A stretch of DNA of 62,994 nucleotides, counting the filler, from Hyphochytrium catenoides (taxonomy: Eukaryota; Protista; Hyphochytriomycota), in NCBI GenBank assembly GCA_900088475.1. It is 12 parts of 12 records of this genome, joined end to end, with 100 filler letters (N's around TTAATTAATTAA, not from the genome) between each part and the next. Parts side by side here need not be neighbours in the genome. Positions count along the whole stretch, not along the records: positions 1 to 30,175 come from FLMG01004308.1; 11 more parts are not named here. One strand, written 5' to 3'. Positions 1-11,670 of this stretch are shown piece by piece. The first letter of the stretch is position 1, and every line of letters begins with the position of its first letter. A program made the position numbers and the translations under genes. Under the pieces are notes generated by a model. That model did no database searches, was not told where the DNA came from, and saw only the letters and a list, made by a program, of their open reading frames with translations.

Positions 1-259
1 TCTGCCCCTGACTCCTATGTCCCCGCTTCTGCTCTTTTGTACGCTTTCCTCCAACTTCTCTTCTATACAAACCCCTGTTGTTCTTCTTGTTCTCTTCTTT
101 CTCTGCTCTTGTTCGTCTATATCTCTTTTTGACGCTGTTGGCTGTTGAGAACTGTAATATGTTCGCAGTTGTACTGCGCTGTACAATGAATGTGCAGTGG
201 TCAAAGGGGCTAACGGTCAGTGCTGGTACATGTAAAACAGATAGGTTTACAGTGAAATA

Positions 260-338
260 GGGCATGTGGTGTAATATCCTAGCGGTAGCACGCCTCGTGA
301 TCACCTGGAGGTCCGTGGTTCGAATCCCGGCTTGTCCA
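260..338 (+). pseudogene. Degenerate tRNA-like element (tRNA pseudogene or tRNA-derived SINE head)
   Basis: Acceptor stem GGGCATG/CTTGTCC-A (one mismatch), D-stem GTGT/GCAC, variable loop AGGTC, B box GGTTCGAATCC and a T-rich tail. The D-loop has an ~8-nt insertion, the T-stem has a bulge and the anticodon stem does not pair, so no isotype is called. Confidence 0.6.
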
Positions 339-785
339 TTTATTTACTTGTAAACATCTGTCCAAACCCTACCCGTAAAGAGAGCTCGCTGCTCTATTAG
401 AAATTCCAACATTGGCAACTGCTCTTCCATACCCTTTCCTCTTGTTCTCATTGAGACAGTCCCAGGCTTTATCAAGACGGTGCCCCGGATCGAATTTGCA
501 GACTGATGTCTGAAGCCGCAATAAGCTCCAGATATCGGCCGACAGATACCAATAACAAATCAGCTCAGCTGGTAGCACAACAGTCAGAGAAGCCTCCTGG
601 CAGCCTCGGAAACAGGACGTCTAGCAAGCCGTCTTCTAGTAGGAAGTAGTGTGATAAGCGTTACAAATATAGAGCTAACTGCTTACCAAATCTCACTGCC
701 TACTGGTTCGTAAATCCCTACTGCTCCTACTCATCTCTCCTAGCTCTCTCTCTCTCATCTCCTCGTCTTTTGCTGCTCTTATCTA

Positions 786-803
786 TAACCCTAACCCTAA
801 CCC
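786..803 (+). repeat. Short interstitial telomeric-type repeat (CCCTAA)n
   Basis: taaccctaaccctaaccc, about three units of the TTAGGG complement. Confidence 0.6.
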
Positions 804-818
804 TGCGACAAAAATGCA

Positions 819-1034
819 GAGTTTATCTCTCTTTCTCTCTAGCACCAACTGCCCTCCTCAGTATCTATCACAACTTGAAATGCTCTTTTTATGTTAAGCA
901 ACTACTCTCCCATACTCTTTTCTAACCTGCAAATGCCCACTCATCTTCACGCTCCTAACTCTTCTACCCCAACTTCAACCATTGGGGTCGACTTATTTAC
1001 ACTGTTTTATATGTTACTTTAGAGAGAGGACAAA
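819..1034 (+). repeat. Dispersed ~215-bp repeat, copy 1 (copy 2 at 62781-62994)
   Basis: Near-identical to the window end, e.g. gagtttatctctctttctctctagcaccaactgccctcctcagtat...gacttatttacactgttttatatgt...caaa. Confidence 0.95.
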
Positions 1035-1051
1035 GTTGAGACTATGAGCTG

Positions 1052-1489
1052 TGTAGCATAGAATTTGGTCTCGCTAGTCACTGATGTGGAGATTCATTTG
1101 CACGCTAGGTGTCTGTTTCTCAAGTACGGTTCATTGGGATTTATCGGACCTCTCCTCCTAAGAGAGTTTAGTTAGAGAAACAAGCTTTCATCAAGTCTAA
1201 CTCTACAAACACATTTGTCAGCACAGCACCGTGACTGTTGAGAAATCTCCCTTCAGACTGAGAGAGTTCGGGTATGTCCATAAGAGACGCAGAGGTGACC
1301 CTAGCGTAATGCTTCCTATGCCAGAGTCGAGTAGTCACCCCCTGATAGACAGCTAGAGTGTTCCCTGACCTCACTTGACTAAGGGCCCTGAGGGTAGGTA
1401 GGCAACAGCTTCTCTCCTGATCCGTTACAAGTTGACCAAAGACATCTCCATAGTAACCTCTGTACGTGACCTGTACTCACTAAGCTACA
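1052..1489 (-). mobile_element. 3' LTR of a Ty1/Copia retrotransposon (~438 bp)
   Basis: On the minus strand it starts TGTAGC just after a polypurine tract GAAGAGGGG (1492-1500) and ends GCTACA. The termini form a 9/10 inverted repeat, and it lies directly downstream of the Copia RNase H remnant. Confidence 0.75.
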
Positions 1490-1514
1490 AACCCCTCTTC
1501 GCGTCAGAGGTCTC

Positions 1515-1915
1515 CCAGCTTGAATGCATCACAATGTCGGCGGATGGTTGACCGGGGCAATGCCTTCGTCAACATGTGTCAGCTATCATCTCTTCCGTGC
1601 GGCAGTAGAGAAGTTGAACCAACTCAGATTGAACACACTCACGCACAAAGTGATATCTCACATCACGATGCATAGTCCGCCTCTTGTGGCTCTCCTCCTT
1701 AGCTAGAGAAATAATCTTGATTGTCCTCGTGAAGGACTAGAAGAGAGTCCTTACCAACTCCGAGAGCTTTCGCACCTTACCTCAGCCAAAGGAGTTCCCT
1801 TGTAGCCGCATTGGCCCCAACCTATTTGGCTTCGGTACTGGAAAGAGCCACAGACTTCTGCCTTTTAGATGCCCACATCACTGCATTTCCCGCTAGATAG
1901 AGCGCTGTAGAGAAA
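1515..1915 (-). mobile_element. Ty1/Copia pol RNase H remnant (pseudogenised)
   Basis: YLAGNAVMWASKRQKSVALSSTEAK*VGANAATRELLWLR*...LHEDNQ...RTMHRDVRYHFVRECVQSELVQLLYCRTEEMIAD/MLTKALPR matches the Copia RNase H consensus (WxSKKQxxVALSSxEAEY, EDNQ, RTKHIDIRYHFVRE, ADxLTKAL). It has two stops and two frameshifts. Confidence 0.9.
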
Positions 1916-3394
1916 GCTGCTGTCAGAGAAACAAGGAGAACAGAGAAGAATATTGAGGTTAGGTAACAACGTGGGAGTTGGGAGCGAGTGTCTACACGTG
2001 GATGGCTGCTCAATGACAAGACCCTCAAGATTAGAGAAATCCTCGAGAAGAACAGTAGAAAAGAGAAAGATAGGTCAGACCCTCTAGGAAATAGCAGAGT
2101 ACATGGCTAAAGAGTCACTACTAGGAATGTTGGTCAGTGAGCTAGATAGAAGAGAAGAGGAGTGAAGACGTGCTTCTACTGTAGCTCTAGCATCAGTCAA
2201 GTATCTGCTTCAGATCACAGAGAACCAACACTGTCAATAAGCACCAGTGAGATATTTGCCTCATCACATCATCAAAGAGGAGCAACACTGACAATAAAGC
2301 CGTCCCTCTATCTTCTTGCTCGTTTTTACGCTCTTCGGTAGTATTTTGTAGACTTGAATGGTCCTTTTAAATAGCTCATTCTATAGTCTCCGCAGAAGAG
2401 CTTTCTGTGCTATCTGGCATCTTCTCAGGTATAGAGCCTTAGCGCCGTGGCTGCTAATCGATCCATAGCACAGACTCAGTCTAACGACTCGTTGGCGCTT
2501 CACTGTTTGTCTCAAAGTTAGAAAAGACCAATCAAGATGGTGTTGAAGAGCTGTTTTCTAATTTTTTCCTTCTCCTGCTGAACCCTGGCATAGATCCATC
2601 ATCCCATCTGAACAGAAAGGCTGATAGCAAAAGATAGATGATGAGCGTGCAGAGATAGATAGACCGTGAAGGAGGAGGATGAGAGAGAGAGCTCGCGGAA
2701 CGAAAGAGAAGGAAAACGCGTCTTTATCCCTTCACCTGTTGCTCTTCCCACCAGAAAGGAAAGGGGCTAATCTGGGGCAGTAAGATATCACAGCGCTGGC
2801 CTGTCTCTCACATTATCTTTCCTAAAATAACCTATACGGAGTAAGAAATGAAAGGAGTTATCATTATTTCTTAGTTGACGACGGGGAAAGGAAACGGCGG
2901 ACGAACAGAGAACCACCGCTGGGAACACGGTGGGAGAAAGATTGGGGAAAATTATTGAAGGAGAGATAAGAGAAGTGGGTGAGCACCTCTCACATCCTGT
3001 GCTATGCTCGTTGTCGCTGGACCTAACATTTAGGATTGCGAGCTCGTCCATTTACCTCTTGGGGCACCCGCTACTACGACCAGAAGAAGGAGGAGCTTAA
3101 AACGAAGGCACCCACCTTAAAGAGCCACTAAGATGGATGATTGTCTTCTGTCTCTTTGCCAAAATATTGACTGTCATTGGCACTCTCTACAGTTCGTTGT
3201 AAGAGGAAGAAGTCCGTATTGTGTTCACCCCTACATGGTTGTCTCTGCGAAGCTTTTGTGGGGCTAGGGGCGCGGCAGGCTGAAGCAGGCGACTTAGCTA
3301 ATCCTGCTCACTTTCTTCTTTGAAGTGGTATGTAGCTACCTTTATTCTATCATCTTTCTTTTATATTCTCCAGGACTTTGTAGCTCTTGTATCT

Positions 3395-3580
3395 TCCTCA
3401 TTTCTTCTTCTTCCTCTTCCTCTTCTTCTTCTCCTGCTGCTGCTGCTCCTTCTTCTTCTTCTGCTTCTTCTTCTTTTTCTCCTTCTTCTTTTCTGCTTCT
3501 TCTTCGTCTTCTTCTTTTTCTTCTTCTGTTACTTCTCCTACCTTCTGCTCCTTCTCCTCTTCTTCTTTTACTTCTTCTTA
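3395..3580. repeat. (CTT)n-rich low-complexity tract
   Basis: Degenerate CTT/CCT/CTG triplets; the ORFs across it are homopolymeric artefacts. Confidence 0.85.
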
Positions 3581-6500
3581 GCACAATTATGTTATAACAA
3601 TTTCCGTTTGGTTGTCACTATTTCTATCTCTTCACCTCCACCTCCCTCTCTTCCTCCTCTCTCTCCTCCGACTCCTGCTTTGTCGACCTTTTGTCTTGCT
3701 TCATTCCTCTGTTTTCCTTCTTTGATCCCTTCACCAGGAAGAAAATGGAGAGCGACTGACGAGCAGAAGCAGGAGCTGACGCATGAAGCTTGTATGGGCC
3801 TTGCATGGGTAACCACGGAGACACAGGGATCTTAGTCTCTTCTGTCGTTTTGTATACCTTTGCATTTTCGCTCTCGCCCCCACCAAAGAAAGGTCCCCGT
3901 CGTGCCAAGCGTGAATGGAATGTAGAATAGGACGAAGATGACGAGAGAATGAAGAGAGGAAATGTGGAGTATATCTTGAATGAAAGGAATCGAAAAGGAG
4001 GGAGAGAACGAGAGAAAGTGAGCGGAACAGAGAGTGACAAGACACAGAGAGACAGAGAGTGAGACAGAAGAAAGAGCGAGAGAGAGAAAAAGAGAACCCA
4101 TCACCAAATTCTCTCTCTGTCTGAATTGTTCTTCGCTTTGCGGTTTCGGTGGCAAGCGCACATCGCCGCTTCTGCACTGCCTGTCATATTATTATAGGGA
4201 ACAGGAAGAAGGAAAAATATAACAGGGAACAGAAACTATAGAAATTGAGAGAGGTACTAAAGGAGAGAGAGGCAGCAGTATCCTGTGTCTCATCTTCAAT
4301 GGGACTGGTGGAAGAGCAAGAAAGTGCCTCATCAAGAGAGGGATAAGGAGAAGAGGATACCTCATCTTCTTGAGACGGTAAGCTAAACTCCAAAACTTCG
4401 TCTTCATAAAGGAGAAGAGATTGCGACCTCTTTTCTTTGGTGTCTCGGCCCGCCATCCCTTTGCCCGACTACTTCCTCAAGAGGACAGAGAGGATAGACT
4501 TTATTCCACCCCTTAAATATTATCTAGCAGCAGGGTTTGGGCGCTATTTTCCCTCCGAGGGGTGGCTTTGCTCCTTAACTCTTTTCTTTCCTCACCTTAC
4601 TGCCTTAATGAGACCTATCTGTTTCGAATCTCGATCCCTTACCTCTCCATCCGCATCGTGAGGCTGAAAAGCCGCCCACATGATGCGATGGCTCTGTACC
4701 AAAGGAGTAGCCCAGTAGTAGTACAAGGAGAGCCAAACAGGAATTCCAGCCGCTTCCACCAGTCTCTCCTCCTCCTGCTGCAGCAGCAACCACGACGAAT
4801 GGCCCGCTAGACTGCGCTGCTATACCGCTTCCCCCGTGTAACCAACAAGCGCACTTCTTACGAGGCTACCTGGGATGGGATACGACAGCCGGAGCATATT
4901 CGAATCAATGTTCTGCCTGGAATGTGCTGATGCTATTAGCTCTAGGTGGTGACCTCAGGCATCAGCGCCCCATGGCTTCGTTTGCGCGGGCCGGGTCTCT
5001 CAGAGGCAGCGGTAACTTTGACCTGTTTGTGAAGGATAAAGACCTTTATGGAGAACTATACTCGCTGTTCTGGAGCGAACCTGAATAGAGGTGGAACTCC
5101 ACAGATGGTGCTATCTCTGAATAATTTGCGACGCCTGCTATTATAGTAGGCTCATCTGCACCTTCTCCTCAACATTACCGCTGCACCTGGGGTACAGCAC
5201 GGCCCACCTTTTATCCCGAAAAAATGATAGCTTCGGAAGACCAACGGCGCACAGCGAAGGCAGCAGAAGTGTCCCAAGGCACTAGGTTAAGTAGTCTGAG
5301 AAGTGCTATGAAGTAGCGCTTAGAGGTACAGATTACTGGGGAAGGTTCAAAACAGAGTCCGCATTAAGATGGCCAGGCGCTGCAGTCCTAGAATGTATGA
5401 CGTTGCTTGTGCTAAGAATGACTGGGGCTAGTTCATGAGCCTCCTGGCAGCTGAAGGTATTCAACTAGAGTACAAGTAGTTCACAGCGCACCAAGCAGCT
5501 CCCATACAGACGTTTTATGAGAATTCGTTCATCGAGCAGCACTTTTTGTAGATGTGCGCGACTGTGGTCAGTGGCGGTGCACTTATAGCCGAAACTGCGC
5601 TGGGGGCACGGATGATGGCAATCCTTATGGTAACTCAAGAAGAGTCGGATCATCATCAGCGGGGTTCGCGGACCCGAAGGAGGGTGAGTCTGAGGGCGGA
5701 TGTCCACGGCATCATGGCGTCTCTGTACTTAAGGAGCAAAGGAGGAACTGCAAGCCCTTCCCATCAAGTGGCAAAAATATGAGCAGATTGCCTGCAGCAT
5801 GCGATGCGGCTGCTGCTTTCCCACCTGATAATAACCCTCGGCTTAACTGACAACGATGAGTATACCTGCAGCCGGTGATGGGCAATGAAGAAGCAGGGCT
5901 CTGACTAATGGATCCTTTAAGAATTCGCCCGGAATTTAGACGGACAAGAGGTGAGATATGCGAAAAAAGAGAAAGTGATTTCTAGTAAAAGGTCATTGAG
6001 CTTGACCTCTGAAGGCACCCTCGGCCGGAGGATGGAACTATGCCTTCTTAGCGCAGCCACAGTTTGGTTCACTAACAGAAAGATTGAGATGATGTTCCTA
6101 TGTATGATAAACTTCAGGCTTCTTCTTCATACTCTATGACGAGAGTGTCAAGCCGGTATGAGACGCTAACTGAACGTTAGCATGAATTGATGCCAAAGGA
6201 TGGGCAATAAATGGGCCTAAACCGCTGATACCGTAGCAGTGGTGCATATAGGAGGCAACCTTGGAAGGAGAGACATAGAGCAGAGACCAACCAACAAGAA
6301 AGGAAAGCGGACACTCTAGCGGCCAAATGATGCATCAGAGGAGAGAGATGATGGTGATAGGGCTCAAGAAAGAGAACAAGACCTGGCGAGGTGGTTGACT
6401 CTTCTTCTTCCACCACCAGCAAGACGGCTCATTATGGTGGGCAAGGGGACAATCCGGCAGGCGTGGTGGCTGCTGATCATCGTTACTTCTCTATACTCGT

Positions 6501-8144
6501 CTATAGTCGTCCTCGTCGGGTTAGTAGGCACCCGTCGGGTTCGTAGGCACAGGCCATACAGTCGTAACGCCGGTTTAAGCGATGGCTTTGACTGACGGTT
6601 CAAAGCCGCACTGCAAGATAGACTACTGCTAGTGAACTCAAGCGGCGGACCTTAGAGATGATTGACTCCCACTTTGTTTGAAGTATGAATGACTGCTCAA
6701 GTAGCTAGCCAACCATAGCTCTTTCTTGAGACTATTGTCATCGCTGATAGGATCACAGAGGCCAGCCGCTAGCCGGCTAGCCGTATTTCTTCTCCATTGT
6801 TACTGCTCCTCACCTCTTTCATTTTCGCGTCCTAGGATGGAAGGTCGTCTAGACTGTCCGAAGGATAAAACTGCAGGATAAACAGAAGAGAAGAATGAGT
6901 TCTATATTTGCCTGTTAAGCAACTGCTGTTTGAGGCTGCTAGTCCCATCTGCCTCTGCCGTATGAATCTTTCGGTGGTGAGTGATCCAAGAAAGCAAGAC
7001 ACAGTAACATTCTTTCTACTTTGTCCTGGCGCTGAAAGTCGCAGCAGTCAGAAGATGGTAAGTAGCAGGACCAAGAAGAGGTAGGCGATTGGCAAGCCAC
7101 CACTAATGAATTATAATATAAGGCACGGTCCTCCTTATGATGAATCGAGGTGGAAGAAGAAATGGTCATATCCTCACTTACGTTCTCTTGTCCCCTACGG
7201 TCCCCATCGTCCAGATCATCAGCGTGTGGAAGAAGAGGAAGAAAGGAAAATCAACGGAGGAGACTTGACTGAGTGGCATTGTGGTCTTCTCTTTCTTGTG
7301 CATCCTTCAGAGATCCTTGCCGCTTGTATTGTAGGCTGCGCTGCCAGAGAAGACCCGGAGGAGGACGTATTATCATGGACGATGGAGGGCTTGTGTGTGA
7401 TGTGGCTTTGCCTTTGTGAGGTGGATGGCTCCTCTAGCATCGCTGGCCTAAGAAGACATCTTAGGATCTCTTTGTCCCAGAGAACAGAGAGAACGGAGGT
7501 TCGGCAAAGCTCCTTTGTCCTCGTTCTGGTTAGGAGTCAAAGCCCAAACGTGTCCGCCCGAGGAAGGCTAATAGCAGGAGACACTGCGGTATTATCTGAC
7601 TCTACCATGGCGCTACAGCAGCAGTAATCCAGCTGTGATATAGTAGAAGGAAAGCATACAGAGAAAGAAGAAAGTATCGTTTCTTGAGCTTCCAAAGAAC
7701 CTTCTAACTCGATTATTTGCCAGAGTGAGTAGACTGTACCTAGAGGTTTATAAGAAGAGAAAGTAGAGAGAAGAAAGAGTAAGAAAGACATAAAGGGAAG
7801 GTCTGCTTCTACTTCTTCGTGAAACTTGTACGGTTAGCGTAAGGAAAAGAAGACGGCCCCCAATGGCCGCCGGTGACTCTGTCACATATCTACAGAAAAT
7901 TATACACCGACTGACAGGCAACCAACAGTTCGCCACCGATGTATTGCTGTCTTTCCAGCTAAAGCAACCAAAAGCCCATGCTCCTCCTGCGCAAGGCTGA
8001 GTACACTTTAATTCAGTCTATTCTCTATATTTATCAAGCAAAGAGAGAGAGGAAGCAAAGAGAGAGAGGAGAAGAAGATGATGAGACAAGAGAGCAAGCG
8101 TTTTAGGGATAAGCAAGCCAGGTACTTACTACCTTCTGTGAGTA

Positions 8145-9555
8145 TCAGTGGAGTAGGTGCCGGAGTGAGGCGGGAGTAGGCGCTGGCGTGGGCTGTGGCG
8201 TTTTTGGCGCCGGTGTGGGTCGTGGCTTGGGACGTGGCGTAGGCCGTGGCGTGGGTCGTGGCGTTGGCGCTGGCGTTGGGCGTTTTGGCGCACAGACCAC
8301 TTCATTTGTAGGGTCAAATCCAGCGCGTTTCGCTGCCCGACACACGTTAAAGAACCCGTATCCATATTCGTCGTCCCGCCTCGCAGGGCCACGGTCTTCT
8401 GCAGTTCTGAAGAGTATTGAACGCACCTCGACCTTAGACATTGTGAGATTGTAGCTCCAGACGGTTGCTGCTGCTGCTCCAGCAACGTGAGGTGCTGCCA
8501 TGGAGGTCCCAGTTTTGGTTCCGTAGAAGTTGTTTATAGTTGAGGAGTAGATGTAAAATCCAGGAGCTACTAGATCTACTTGAGAGTTATGCTGTGAGAA
8601 CCATGCATGATTTTTGTCTCCAAGCGTGGCCCCCACCGGGATGACTTGCTGGTACGATGCAGGATAGCTAAAGGCCGTGTCACCATTATTACCGGCAGCT
8701 GCGACCATGAGAACCCCCGCTCGGAACAGTCGAAGCACTGTACTGGCTTCGGCCTGGCTGAATCCTGGTCCACCTATACTCATATTGATGATGAGCTTCT
8801 TTGAACCAGCCTCTCTCTTGCACTCCTCCATCGCATTAATAAGGTCTGACACATAATAAGATTGGCAACTATCTCTGAAGATGTTCACTGCATGGAGCGC
8901 AACGCCGCTAGCGACACCGAGGCCCTTGAGAGCCACAATTCCCGCGACATGGGTGCCATAATCACACCTGTCAGCCAAGGCTTCAGGCTTTCCTGTGACA
9001 GGAACCCTGGCGAATGCGGGGTGAGCAGTTTGAATGCCCGTGTCAATCACGCAGACCTTCAATTCCGTCGGAGGCGCCGCGGTAGCGTTAAAAGGTGTTA
9101 CATCCGCTTGAACCAACCGGGTGTTATACGTCCACCCCACCCAACCTTCGCTACTTTGGAGGCCCCTCGTAACTTGCGCTGGTGAAAGTGTCGCGTTAAC
9201 GTTCAGGCAACACAGAGTACCGAACATGGTCTTTCTCAATGTTGAGGACGCCTGGATGTGATTTGAGCGCGGCAAGAGCACTCTCACTATCAATTTGAAC
9301 AGCTTTGGCATCGATGCCATTAAGATCGTGTACTTTTGTAATATCTGGCCGACTATCGATGAAGGAGTCCAGACTTTCTACTGCACTCGGATTGACAACG
9401 TCCAGCTCCTCATAGGTTCCTCCTGCCGCTGGGTTTCTGCCCATGTAGACTATGTATCGTTCCGGAGGAGCATCCTTGGGGATACTCTGACCCTGGGCCG
9501 TGGAGACGGACCAAGCAACCAGGGCAGCACATACGAGGGGACGAAGGAGAGCCAT
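8145..9555 (-). pseudogene. Secreted subtilisin-like (S8A) serine protease, disrupted or catalytically altered
   Basis: Signal peptide and I9-like prodomain (ATG 9555, stop 9196-9198). The catalytic domain is in another frame: VCVIDTG, YGTHVAG (catalytic His is Tyr), AAAGN, YPASY, DLVAPG, GTSMAAPHVAG, followed by a Pro/Thr PTPR/PTPA repeat. Confidence 0.85.
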
Positions 9556-11429
9556 GACTCGTTGCTATGTGGCAAGGTGTTGGTGTTGAAGCCATGAGCC
9601 GTCGTCGTCCCAAACTTTGGCCGAAGTGGTGTGTTGATGAGCTGGTGGAAAGATTTATAGAAATGAGCAAGCTGAAGAGGCTGCCCTCAAAAATGAGCTA
9701 GCTAAAGAGGCTGCCCTCATCATCTGGAGAGCAAGCCCCTTGCTCGCTTTTGCTTGCAGGTGAGGTGGTGGTCCAGTGGTGCGTGCTCTGCACTGCTTGT
9801 TATCTGCTGTATTAGCACTTCTTCTGGGTGTGTCACTTGATCTAGGAGCCACTCTGTCTCAGTAATCTTACTCCAGCGGACCCAACTTTAGCAGTTAGAG
9901 CTATGGACTCATAAGCATTAGTGTGCTGTAGGTATTGGGCCTGTCTATCTTTTGTTTGTATAGAGCTGATAGTCTCCAAGCGCTTATTGTCTCTTCATGC
10001 ATGGATCGGTTGCAGCACTGCTGGTACACCAGACTGTCTTTATACAGCTGATGAATAGGAGTCAAACCGCTAGGTAGACGAGAACCAGGCACTTCTCCGC
10101 CTAATTTGACCCTCAGGTTCGAATCACAACGCGGGGATGGTAGATAGTGCGAGCCACTTGACCCTTCTCAGGATCTGAGTCATGCAAGAGTAGTACGACT
10201 GGATTGAAAAGCAATCATAGCTTCGTAGCCCCATACCGTAGTAGCCTTGAGCCTACCTGTAGAGGGCGGCACATCCAGTAGTAGAGTGACGCAATTTGAA
10301 GCGAATGGGTCAGCACAAAAACCACGGTCTTGTTGTCTACTTGGAAAGCTTCTTGCATCATTATAAACGCCATAGAACTATATTAAGACACTAAATAAAG
10401 CCCCAGTGGAGCGCTTTCGAGCGATGCCAGCAGTTTGATACTATCGTTCTTCATATAGTGATCTATTTGTAGGAAATGTAGGGGTGGTCGACTAGGAAGC
10501 GCCCTCCTAGCTACGCTTACCTGACAATGTAATGTTTCTCACGTTAGAACTAAGTCATGTCATCACAAAGCTCTGCTCTTATTAGCAACGAAGGTCTGTA
10601 TGCTGTCAGTACGGTACCTCGTTACCACAGGTCCTGAGAAAGAAGAGTCGCAAAGGTCCCACTCCTGCCATCGGTTGTTGGACTAGGAGCTGGTTTTATG
10701 GAAAGGGCTTTTCTGAGAATTCTATATTCTTTCTCAGCATCACGGCCCAAGTGGCGGATGGATTGATACTTTTGCATTTTATAAAAATAGAGAAGGTACA
10801 GGAACCAAGGCCTTACTTCGACTGTTTCCAATCCAAGATGCCAGATTCAGCTTGCGAGAGTGTAATATCTGAGTTTAGAAAACTCTCTTTATACTTTGAA
10901 GTTGTACGCCGTAATAACACTTGGTCTCTTGAAGCTGTTCCATTCAAGTCGTTGGACATGTAGAACTACCGCCAGTAGAACTACTGCCCTCCCTCCCCGT
11001 ACAAGAACAACGCTCATTAGTAAAGCCTTTTTTCCTAATAAGGAATTGATGAGGGGGTGGCACATCTGACGTCTCGTTCAGGCCAGAAGCATGCCCGATA
11101 ACAGTCTTTTACAATAAAATTAAAGTTATGTGCAGTTGCAGTAAGTCTAATCTATAAACGAAAGGCCACCCGCGTGCGCATCTGATAATAGGATCATCAT
11201 TCAAGGCACTCTCTTGCACTACTCGTCGTACGTAGTACTAGTGATCATATAGTCGGATTTCCACTATCCCATTGAGGTGTACGTGACATGTCAACGCGCC
11301 GGTTGACTCCTTGAAGTTCTCCTTGAGCTGATAACCGGGGAGACATGGTATTTCGACCCCGTTGTAATATGCGTGGCAGATCCATAGATTAGTTTGCGAG
11401 AACGACGAGCCTCCCACTGTAGGAAAGTA

Positions 11430-11670
11430 AAAGAGAAGGAGGAGAAAGAAGAAGAGAGAAGAATTGGAAGGAGAGAAGAAGAGAGAAGAAGAAGAAGAAA
11501 GAAAGGAGAAGAAGAAGAGAGGAAGAAGAAGCAGAGAAGAAGATAGAAGGAGAAGAAGAAGAAGGAGAATCAAGAAGAAGGAGGGGAAGAAGACGATCAA
11601 AAGAAGACGAAGAAGAAGGAAAAGAGGAAGAAGAAGGAGAAGAGGAAGAAGAAGAAGAAGATGAAGAAGA
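11430..11670. repeat. (GAA)n-rich low-complexity tract
   Basis: Degenerate GAA/GGA triplets. Confidence 0.85.

Noticed and set aside
10115-10127. GGTTCGAATC B-box match
   Set aside because: No cloverleaf or A box around it.
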